Of a stretch of DNA of 64,000 bases, positions 53,338-64,000 are shown piece after piece. The notes under the pieces are model-generated. The model did not search any database and had not been told where the DNA came from. It was given only the letters and a program-made list of their open reading frames with translations. Both the position numbers and the translations under genes were made by a program. Position 1 is the first letter of the stretch. Every line of letters starts with the position of its first letter. The stretch comes from Eledone cirrhosa (taxonomy: Eukaryota), in NCBI GenBank assembly GCA_964016885.1, contig OZ024747.1, forward strand, positions 57,908,001-57,972,000. Direction: 5' to 3'.

Positions 53338-55881
53338 TAATTAATGGGAATTACTAATGTTCACATATCTGTGGGGTAACCATGGCTGATATCTCCTATT
53401 TGTAGAAAAGACACTATTCATCTGCACGCACAAACTCATATGCATGTATATATGCAAGAATGTATGTATGTATATAATTGTGTGTGTATGTATTTTCATG
53501 TGTAGGTATACAGAGCTAATATCTTACATAAATGTGTTATCACAAATATATAATGAATGGAGTAATTAATTCCTTCTTCATCTTGTGGATCAGAGACCTT
53601 AGACACAGCCACAATGTTCTGAACACAAATAAACATTTGCTGTGTGTTTATGCTGGTTTAGGGATGAATAGTTTTGGTGGGCTTCGATTCCTTTTCCGAA
53701 CTGATTCACTGTCAGAACCGATTTCTCAAGACTTCGCTACAACACAGAAACTCACTGCTAGTGAGGGTTTCTGCTCCAGGTTGTCATTCTCCAAGTCTGC
53801 TGGCCGTGCCTAGACCACCTGCACGGGGAATTAGTGACTGTTCAACTTCAGATACAAGGGCAATCTTTAAGCTACATTGAAGTATATCTCAGCGTGTATG
53901 GAAATAACGATTCTTTAAATAGTTTCACTTTACTTTCAAAGAGACATTACGTCAATTTTGGGTTTGATCTTTCCTTAAATCTTGGAAACATTACGCCGAT
54001 ATTGAAATGACAATTTATTTGAATTACTCCATTTTCGAAGTAACCCTATATACTGAAATGACATTCTAAAATATATATGGTAATATTTAAAATAACATTT
54101 TTGTATCTATAGGTCATTATGTGTAGCCTAGCGAAGTAAAGTCTACTCACTAATGTTGATGTGAATATCCCTTCAAACATGTGGGAAATCTGTATTGTAT
54201 TGTTGCTGTTAGGTCCCTCGTAGATAATGAATTACCTAACCTATAACGAATGGCTTTGCTTATGTGATTATCCCCTCGTTTTTAAATCAAAGTGTACAGC
54301 GTTATTCATTTAAGACGAAAGGTTATAATTTTACCGCTTTTGGGAGATTTTGAAACACTGTATAGTAGCTGCTATGTTGCTAGCACGTGTTGTATTGTAG
54401 TTATGCTAAACGGAAATCTAACACTTAACGAAACTCGGCTTTATTTTATTGCAATTCTGTACAAATTAATATCATTGCATTAAAATGAAAGAAGAATACA
54501 ACTGAAACAGCCATTTAGAATCATACGTATTTCCAGTGGGGGATCTACGTGATATCCAGGGCTACTGTGATTGTTCGTGATGTTATGTGCTCTTTTAGGG
54601 CTTCATAATAATAGTAAACTTTCGGTTTCAGATCCATTATTATTAATGGTAAAAGTTGAATTGATGTTGGAATGAAGAACAAAATCTATATTGAGGAACG
54701 AAGCCATAGTGAAAGCTAACAGAGAGGGAATTTAATTCTGGATACACTTCGATCAATTCCTATAACTACGCTTTGCCTAATTATTTCTCCCATTTGCGAG
54801 GCCTCTTTATCAGATGAATTATATATTTTTTTGTTGCAAAAACTACATTACATCTTTTTCCTGTAAACAACTTCATTAGCATTATGCATTAGACACTCTT
54901 TTCTGTGTTCTAACCTGCAAGTGCACCGTAAAATGCACAGAGAAAATTCTATGAGATTAACGAACGTGAGAAATTCAATATGAGCAAAAAGGATATTATA
55001 TGCTGAGTGCATTGAAATACACATAATTATTAATGGAAACCTTTAGCATTAATTCAATTTCTTGATGAAATTCTTGCAGGGAGCCGTATTAACAAATGCA
55101 ATGTTAAAGCATATACGAAAACATATTAAAATTACAGTATTTTATCTGGTAAATGTTATGGTGGGAATCCATAGAGATGATAAGTATCGTAGTGTATATA
55201 TAAGACTTTTTATGGCTTTCACAGAGTGGAGAAAAGATGAAGGGATCAACGGAAATCTGAATGAAAGGCTTACAAGAGAATGGAGTTTTCTAAAGGCGCC
55301 AAATGTTCATTTGGTGATATTAAATCAACTGACATAGCTAAAGGTCAAGAAATTAACTTTGCAATCATGAACATGCGAACCCGCTACATATTTCCCTTGT
55401 ATTCTTCACTATAAGGTCGGGTCGACATAAGAATTGTGAGTGAATTGAAGTAGATGATTGAACCCCACCGGAATAATTATACCTGCAATAAAAAAGATCC
55501 AATCTCGTTGTATATTTTCTCATGTGAATTCTACTTGAGAATTCTGTTAATAGATCAACCACGTGCTCGTTAATTTAAGAATGTGTCCTGTTGATCGTAC
55601 AACTAGATGCTTATCATCGAAATTGTTGAGGAAGTCATCACCGATCAATATCAGATTTACACGTAGGCAGCTGCACAGTTTCCGTCTAAAAAATCACACT
55701 CACGATGATGACAAATGTTTCGACTCACATTCTCTCTCCACTGAGACAGGGGTTCAGGGGTTTATGAATACAAATAACAGACCATGACAGTGAATTTACA
55801 GAAGTGGTAGGATGACTGGCGAGATGCCTTTGTAGTATTTGTTTCAGGGGGAATTCACTGCACTTATGACATTCCAACTAT

Positions 55882-57479
55882 TTAGATGTGATATTTTAAT
55901 ACGCTCCTTACTCTCCTTATGTACTCAGATTTTATCAATTCCTTCATTCTTTTGTTCTTGATGTCATCTGCCTCCAGAACACCTAAATATTTGTATCCCC
56001 CTTCAGTGTCAATTTCCTTTATCATCTCATCTGTTGGTACCTGGATTCCGTTGCTTCTGCTCAATTTACCCCTCTTCATCACTAGGACTCCACACTTATT
56101 AATACCAAATTCCATACATACATCCAACTCCTTCTCACTCTTCCTAAAGAGTTTAAGATCGTCCATGAAGAGGGGGTGGTTGATTGTAAGCTCTCCTTTT
56201 TCCAACTTGTATCCTGCTGTCACTTTTCGCAATACAACGGTCAGGGGTATCAGGGCAGGACAAACAGCAGACGGGACAAACTATCTCCGATGTTAACTCT
56301 GTTTCCCAGGACTTCATAATTTTGCTCAACAACTGTCTGATGTTATCTGCCACCTTGAAGATCTCTAGGCTTTTGGTTATCCAAGAATGAGGTACCATGT
56401 CGAATGCCTTTTTGTAGTCTATCCATCCCATGGCAAGATCAGTGTGTCTCCTCCTCCAATTCCTCATTACCATCTTATCAATAAGTAACTGGTCCTTTGT
56501 ACCACGGGACTTCTTTCGGCATCCTTTCTGTTCGTCCGGTAACAAGTTGTTTATGTGGAGGTGATGGTAGATTTCCTCAGACACAATGCTTGTTAACAGT
56601 TTCCACATTACGGATAGACATGTGATAGGTCTATAGTTGGTAACATCATTAACCTTGGTTTGGACTTTCATTACCAGAACTGTGGTACCTTTTGTCAACC
56701 ACTCTGGTACTTCACCCGACATCAAGCAGTCATTGCTTGATATTTTATTTCCAATCTTAGGTTCATAGGTTTTCCACTATCATTGTTCATTTCATCTACC
56801 ACTAAGTTCAGCAAATCAACCAAATCTTGTCTTAGCCCGACAGCATTCATGTCCTCAATGGCCGTATCTTTGTTCCAGATGTTATTTATTTCTGCATTCA
56901 GATTATTGTCTGCTTCGGATCCTTCCTCATGTCTCTCAACCTCTTCACCTTCATTTTCCACTAGCTCGTTTGCCTGACATACTCCACTCTCCATTTCCAA
57001 CTTAATATCTCTGCTCAGTTCCTCCAGTCCCAACTCGCTTCCATACATTAGTTCTTATTACCCGAGCCTGCACGGTCAATTTTTGTTCATCTAATTTAAA
57101 TAGACGAATTAATACTATACCTATCACAATTCAATATATTTTATTGTCATAAACGATGCCGTATACATGTAGAAATAAATAATTTATCGTGCATACAGTT
57201 CTATGTGTAGTTGTAGGGAGATCCTGTAGCCTTTTTCCATGGGGTTACTCTTCAGGTAGCATTTCATTACAGTTCTATTCAATTCTTTCGTCCAGTTGGT
57301 TCTAGTCCCTTTCCTTCTTCTTCTTCCTCCAACACCAGCAGTATTTGTATGACAGCCAGGTGCCTGCTGCTGGGCCAGGGAGCACTTGCTGGGTGAGAGT
57401 CTTTTAAATGACGTTCCAGTCTCCTTTTCACCGTTATTCGAACTGTTTAGGTTCGACATTTAAACACTCATATCGAGGA
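55882..57479 (-). mobile_element. R4/Dong-type LINE, 5' part plus RT, internally deleted
   Basis: NYRPITCLSVMWKLLT, QKGC..GTKDQLLID, WIDYKKAFDMVPHSWI, LFMDDLKLF, YKYLGV; N-terminal WTKELNRTVMKCY; 5' end abuts (TAA)n. Confidence 0.88.
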
Positions 57480-57497
57480 TTATTATTATTATTATTA

Positions 57498-57650
57498 TGC
57501 TTTGACGCATAGAGTTACGGCCCTTGCCATTCTGAGTTCAAATCCCGCCGAGGTTAACTTTGCCTTTCATCCTTACGGGGTCGATAAAATAAAGTACCAG
57601 TAATGTACTGGGTAATTTGCTGGCCTTGTGCCAATAGTAGAAACAATTAT
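57498..57650 (+). mobile_element. Deu/Nin-like SINE with (ATT)n tail
   Basis: B-box gagttcaaatcc, family body, (ATT)n on both sides. Confidence 0.9.
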
Positions 57651-57672
57651 TATTATTATTATTATTATTATT

Positions 57673-57870
57673 GTTCTTTGAGTCTCAGTCATTAGTGTTA
57701 GTTAACTGGAAAGTTTGTTGAAATGAATATCAAGCCACTACCTGCAGCCTCAGATATTCAGGACGTATCGGAGGGTTCTTGCTGTTCCCAACAAGCATGC
57801 CTTTTGAAGCGTTCCAAAAAGCGGGGCGGGGCCAATTTTCTTTAACCATCCCTGGAAACTTTGTGAGATT
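57673..57870 (-). mobile_element. R4/Dong-type LINE extreme 3' fragment
   Basis: Minus-strand translation ISQSFQGWLKKIG..LQKACLLGTARTLRYVLNI*, paralleling IQKIVLMGTAHILRKILSI*; (ATT)n flanks. Confidence 0.75.
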
Positions 57871-57897
57871 TATTATTATTATTATTATTATTATTAC

Positions 57898-59179
57898 AGT
57901 TGCATTTATCTTGCTTTATGTTCATACGAGTTATCACCAAGTCACAACCAGTGACCTCAAGAGACAACAAGGTCCGCCATGTTCAAGAAAGAACATACAT
58001 ATTCACACATGCATCTTTAGTGTTTAGACTTGTGATGTACTTATATTGACAGAATCTTCCTTAGTATATGGGCAGTTCCCATTAATACTATCTTTTGTAT
58101 TTCTCCTATACGCGGGTTTCCTGGGATTTGCGATATGTAATCATTAGACCCCTTAGGTATCATTCCCAGAGCGCCTACAACCACTGATATTGTTTTAGTT
58201 CTCAATTTCCACAGTTTTCCAATTTCTATCTCCAGGTCCTTATACTTGCTCAATTTTTCAAATGTTTTTATAGATACATTCTTGTCTATTGGAACAGACA
58301 TATCAATTAGCAGGCATACCCTCTTTTGAAAGTCTTTCAATATTATATCAGGTCTGTTTGCATCTATTTTTCGGTCTGTTTGGATGCTAAAGTTCCACAA
58401 GATTGAGATGTGATCTTTTTCATGTATGGGAGGTGGTTGATGCTCCAACCAATTCTTTTGATGGGGCAGGTCAAAATGCTTACACATTATCCAATGTATG
58501 TATTGTGCAGCTCTGTCATGTCTGTTTAGGTATTCGGTTGGAGCTATAGGACTGCACATTGAAATTATATGGTCAATGGTCTCTGGTTGTTTTTTGCATA
58601 CACGGCATAATGGGCTGCACCCATTTTTTATTATGTTGGCTTGGTAATTTTTTGTTGGCAGACACTGATCTTGTGCCGATATAATCAGTCCTTCAGTCTC
58701 CGATTTCAGTCCAGAGGATGCCAACCACTGATGTGTTAAAGTTTTGTCAACATCAGGATTGTTAGCTCGCTCTGGGTATTTTCCATACAGAGGCTTTTCT
58801 TGCCATTTCTTAGCCAGTTTCTGTAGCAGTTCTTTCTTTGCAGTTACTTTTACCTGCTTTGCTTTTTCTGTGTTTTCCATTTCAGCAGTAAATGGGACTT
58901 CTGAAATTTGTAGTCCATTACTGTATCTTTGTGCATCTTTTGTAATGGAATATGATCTTTTGATGCTTTCGTGTTTCAAAACGAGTTTGATCATCCAATC
59001 ATGTGATTCCCTTAGATATGTAGATAATCCAATTGTTGCAGTTTTCAACGCAATGTCTAACTGGATTAACCCACGTCCTCCTTCTTTCCTAGGGAGATAT
59101 ATTCTATCTATATCTGCCTTAGGGTGATGCATTCTGTGCATGGTTAAGAATTTTCGAATTTTTGTATCGAGCCTACGGA

Positions 59180-59180
<1 letters not shown>
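57898..59180 (-). mobile_element. 5'-truncated R4/Dong-type LINE in (TAA)n
   Basis: Open ORF, short 3' UTR, (ATT)n at both ends. Confidence 0.92.
58041..59180 (-). CDS. LINE C-terminal region: CCHC finger plus restriction-like (PD-D/ExK) endonuclease
   Basis: LYLPRKEGGRGL-type motif, CRVCKKQPETIDHIISMC, RHD, NRPDII..LIDMSVP..EKLSKY. The frame is open to the truncation point. Confidence 0.9.
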
Positions 59181-59237
<57 letters not shown>

Positions 59238-59453
59238 GGCGACCTACGTAGTAAATCGTATCATCGCGAGCTCCGCAAAGGTTTGTTATTTTCAGTTATT
59301 TAAAATTGCCATTTATGGAAAACTTTTCTTGTTAACTGTATATAAGTGCACATACATTGATTTCTGAAAAGGACACTCAAAAATATTGGGGCCTTGAGCC
59401 CAAAATTTAAACTTTTTGCAATTATCAAACAAAACATTTTTCTTTGAATAATA

Positions 59454-61392
59454 ATGGATGACTCAGATTCACTCCTTCCTCACAATCCAACACCCCACAC
59501 TGACACCACCATTGTAAATATTGCTACGTTTGCCAACACTGGAATTGTAAGCAGTAGCAATATTTTAAATTTGTATAGGCAGACGTTCATTTCCCGCCAT
59601 TACCAATGACTGCAGGTGTTAAAGCCGCCGCCACCACCACCACCACTGCGACAACCACCACCTCCGCCACCACCACAGCGACAACAGAAACAAAAGAAAA
59701 AAATAAATTAACTCATGATATCGAAATGAATTCAACCAAAATGAACTCTTCCACACCGAACACCACTGACGCCACCACCACCACAACTGAAACTAAAATT
59801 AACAATAGCAAAAATAACGGTAATAACACCAGCAACAATGAAATTAAGAAAACTACCCTGAGTTTTGCCAGAGTAGCAAAAACGTGCGAAGCGATCTAGG
59901 TAACTCAGGAAGAATTAGACGAAGCCAAAGGAATGGTAAAGAAAGATGGGTACAGGGTCAGCCTCACCCCCCCCCCACCTAATAAAATGGAGCAACGTCG
60001 CCTATGCACTGTGTCTTACGGACAATAAACATAAAATCGCGCCGAGTGGAACGGGCATCTGAGTCCCAAATCCAAAAAGCTTTGGGACATGTGTGGGCAA
60101 AAAACCCCCACATAAGACGTGGGCAGAAGTATGGAACCGTGGACGTGTTCTTTGATACACCACAGGAGGCCAGAGAACACTCCATGGCCGCATTAAGAAG
60201 TGACGACTTCACACTCATCCCAAGCTATTGTGGCAGGAGACTTGTGAAGATCAGGGTGACCCACGTTCCACCGGCCATCGAAATTCCCTGGCTAATGGCT
60301 GCCGTCCTCGCCGGCATCGAGGCCAACACCAAAATAATAGAAATAGCAAAAGAAAAGCAGGAGAACTGGTCCGGATCTGGGATGGAGCTCCTAATCCAAG
60401 CGGACCATAAAAGCATTGAGGAGATCCCAGAGGTAATAGATCTCACTGACAGCAGCCACCTCACCGTGATCGCGGAGGGCAGAAGACCTAGGTGTGTCGT
60501 TTGAGGTGAAGGAACCCACCTAAGGGCTTTCTGCCCTCAGGCTAAAAGGTTGAGGTCACCTCTCTTACCCACCCCAATGACTCAATCATCAACAACACCA
60601 GCAGCAGAAATAGCAGCAACAACAGAAGCAACTATAACAGCAACAACCCCAGCAATAGTAGAAAAACCAATACCACCACCACCCAACGCCCCAGAACTAA
60701 CACCAGCGCCTACACCATCCACCACACCAAAACCAACGCCTGTGGAGGATTTTCCACTCCCCGGCTTATCGCAACTGGAGACAGATTGTGACGACGAGAA
60801 GTGAGAAACGGTATCAGGAAAAAAGAAAAAAAAAAGAAATCAAAAAAGAAAAAATTCTCTTCCTTCCCCCTCAAAAAACAAAATAAAGAGGGAAACAAAT
60901 AAATTATCAAACAAAAAAGTTAAGACAGATATGTCACCATCCACACCAGCATCACCAACCCCATCACCACAAACACCAACACCATCACCATCATTAACCC
61001 CAACACCACCATCACCAACACCACAAAAGTCACCAAAAAGCGTAACAGAAACAAACCCACAACAAACGCAAACAAAACAAAACAACCAAAACGATAGACA
61101 CTACACAGCATTAAATTTGAACAACAACCAATTATTACACTACATGCAACACAACACCAGCATCACAGAAAAAGACTACACAACAACCCAAAAGTTCACA
61201 CAACCTCCACACATACAAATCACTCGCATCTCACAGAAAACGTACACGACACTAAAACAAAAATTCCCCAAAGACATCGGAGATTTCCGACAAACACTCT
61301 CCAGGAGGATTTATAAGGACATTCTTCCGGAGGAGGCCACAAGCAGTGAAAAGGATGGACAAACCATCCTTCCTCTACGAGAAGTAAAGTAA
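59454..61392 (+). pseudogene. Tx1 ORF1 (gag-like), disrupted
   Basis: Thr/Pro-rich low-complexity flanks; VKIRVTHVPP; decayed zinc knuckle EGRRPRCVV*GEGTHLRAFCP. Confidence 0.7.
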
Positions 61393-61426
61393 GTAGTCTT
61401 TCCCATCTTTTCCACTCCATTTCAAC

Positions 61427-64000
61427 ATGACCTCACTCAGAATAGGCAGCATAAATGCACGTGGCTTGGGGTCGTCATGGAAGCAGGGCCACCTGCTCAA
61501 CGACCTCAGGTAACTAAACATAGATGTAGTGGCCATCAGCGAGATCAGAATCTCCCAAGCACGGGCCTTCGCACCGATCTTCGGCGGCTACGATGTGTAC
61601 GCATCTCCCAGCCGTCCGGGATCGGGGGGTGGAGTTGCTGTGCTTTTTCGGAGAGTTTTGGATCTCGCCCACGGGCCATCTTCCTGGACCCAGAAGGTAA
61701 GTTGGTGGTGCTAGACGTGACCAGTGGAGACGGGCAAGCTTTCAGGCTAGTGGCTGTATATGCCCCGACAGGAGCAGGGTGGCCTGATTTCTTCCGGCGC
61801 CTGGAGACCTTTCTTGGAACGTCCCGCTCTTTAGTGTTAGTGGGCAACTGGAACGGGATCTTAGATGCACGCTGGGACTGTGTGGGATTAGCGGATAGGG
61901 GAGGAGGGTGCAAAAGCCTCACCGACCTACTCAGGCGTTTTGAACTGTCTGACAGGTACCGATTGGATTTCCCGAATGTGCCAATGTGGATCGGACAAAT
62001 CGTATCGGGTCATCCAGATCATATCTAGATAGAGTATTTTGTAGAGAAATAGATAGGTCTAGCATAGGCTGTCCACAATTCAAGATAGTCACCTACACGG
62101 ACCACAAATTCGTGATCTGTGTACCTGACTTAGATAGGCTTCATAGACGAGGACCCGGCTACTGGAAGCTAAACGCGTCCTTAGCAGCGCGCAATGCCTA
62201 CAGAGACCGGATTAGCGAACTAGTTAAGCGGGCGTTGACGGGGGCCATCGTCAACAACAAGTGGTGGTTTGCTCTGAAAAGAGCAATTAGAATAGAGTCC
62301 ATTAGGTTTAGTAAGGCTTTAGCAATAGAGAAAAATAGAGCAGAGGGAGAATTAGTTAGAAAATTAGACGAGGCGCTTTGCAGGAGGCATCGCGACCGAC
62401 GTACTTGCGGCGAAATTGGCCCTTGACCAATTCTTCAATGCAAAGCACGAAGGCTGCGTTGTCAGAGCGAAGGTGCGTGCTCTCAGACATGAGGAGACAA
62501 AAGCCGTTCAATGGGCCCGAGTGGCGGAGGCGCGTCGTGGCAACAAAGCCACAATCCAGTCTTTGGTGGACCACCACGGGCAAATGTCTGAAGCTTTTCA
62601 GCGACAATTCGCTCAACTGTTCGGGGGCAGCGGCGGGCCGGATCGAGGGATGGACTTTAGTGTCTACCTGGACGGACTGCCGCGTCTCTCGGCCACTGAG
62701 GCGGAGTGTTGCGAAAAGCCGATAACAGCCGCTGAAGTACGGGTGGCAATAACTGGCTGCACAATGGGTAAATCGCCTGGTTTGGATGGTCTGCCCTATG
62801 AACTTTACGTACAAATGCCAGACTTGTTCGGAGGCCTCTTAGCGGACGTCTACTGCAACTGGCAATAGAACGGGAGAATTCCCAGCTCTGTGAGCTGAGG
62901 AGCGGTGGCGCTGATGAGAAAGGATCCGAACAAGGGGGATAACATAGATCATTTTAGGCCCATAACTCTGCTAAACACAGAGTTCAAGATTTTGGCCAAG
63001 GGGGTAGCAAAGAGGTTGGCGCTTGTCGTTGGTGGTCTGGTGGGAGAGGCTGCGCCATTCCCGACAGATCCATCCACGACAACCTCCACCTCATGCGATA
63101 CATCGTAGAGATGGTAGCTAGGGAACCTGGCACGGGTGGGTCTTTGATAGATTTAGATCAGTCGAAAGCTTTCGATAGGGTCGACCATCGTTTCCTAGCG
63201 GCAGTCCTGAGGGCGGATGGCTTTGGGCCCGTCTTCAGAGGCTGGATCGCTGCCATGTACAGTGACATCTGCTATGTGGTGAGAGTGAACGGTAACCTTT
63301 CGGAACGGTTCAAGATCATGCGCTCGGTCAGCCAAGGATGTCCCCTCTCGTCCCTCTTGTACGTATTGACTCTCGAGCCATTACTGCACAAACTGGAGAC
63401 GTTGAGGGGGGGTCATGTGCGAACTAGGATGCGGAAGATCCGTGTCAGCATATGCGGACGATGTCACCATAGTGGTATCGAAGTCCAAACACATCGAGGC
63501 GATCGGCACTACACTAAGAGAATACGAAGCATTGACAGGAGCAATGATCAACCAGTAAAAGTCAGTGGGCCTGCAGCTCGGCACCTGGAGAGGCAGGTCC
63601 ATGCCGTCCAACAGCGTCGTCGGGCGCTGGACGGACGGACCGGTTAAATTGCTAGCGGTCTGGTTCGGTCCGGACCTCCAGACGGACAAAAACTGGGACG
63701 AGGTGACGAGCAGGGTGGCTTCTCTCACCCAGAAATGGGCCGAGAGGAAGCTATCCCTGAAAGGTCGAGCGGAGGTGGCTAACGCGTACATCGCGTCCGT
63801 CATCTACTACCGCCTGACCGTCGTACCTTGTCCTAAACCCCGCCTGACTACGCTGGAACGTTTGCTCATTCGCTTTTCGTGGAAGGGACGCGCTCCGATG
63901 GTCAGGCGGTCCATCTTCTGTCAACACCCGCTACGTGGAGGGCTGGGCATGCCGTGGCTGATGATGCGCAGACACGCGCTCAGGCTACGACATCTCCACC
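61427..64000 (+). pseudogene. Tx1 ORF2 (AP endonuclease plus reverse transcriptase), disrupted
   Basis: SINARGL, LVAVYAP, VLVGNWN, SYLDR, TDHK, GYWKLN, KSPGLDGLPYELY, FRPITLLNTEFKILAK, DQSKAFDRVDH, QGCPLS, AYADD. Confidence 0.92.

Larger units (their letters stand above)
59238..64000 (+). mobile_element. Tx1/L1-clade LINE, apparently 5'-intact, degenerate, running off the window
   Basis: Starts GGCGACC right after (ATT)n; ORF1 then an APE-RT ORF2 with stops and frameshifts. Confidence 0.92.

Noticed and set aside
53532-55790. Short ORFs and an acceptor-like site near 55485 as host exons
   Set aside because: No homology cues or coherent exon chain

Overview
This is AT-rich, microsatellite-saturated eukaryotic DNA with no host gene I can support. 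Almost all short ORFs in the track are translations of (TA)n, (CA)n, (CT)n or (TTC)n tracts. The SINE and LINE content resembles a cephalopod (octopus-like) genome; that is an inference. Recognisable retroelements are two Tx1/L1-type LINEs (10627-12219 and 59238->64000), three R4/Dong-type restriction-endonuclease LINE pieces nested in (ATT)n (55882-59180), RTE LINE fragments with non-autonomous derivatives, and tRNA-derived SINEs. There is also a young 187-bp tandem array and a twice-present tRNA-like sequence. The main unexpected signal is a dense set of short non-coding elements, nearly all embedded in (TA)n tracts. I count about 16 minimal type-I hammerhead ribozyme motifs (CUGANGA...GAAA...UH; some intact, several degenerate) in at least seven unrelated sequence families. 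Many of these elements are asymmetric fold-backs (short inverted arm plus long arm with a 3' tail) or partial tandem repeats. This fits Penelope-like-element-associated, retrozyme-like non-autonomous elements that target (TA)n. All folds were done by eye; ribozyme activity and novelty are untested.
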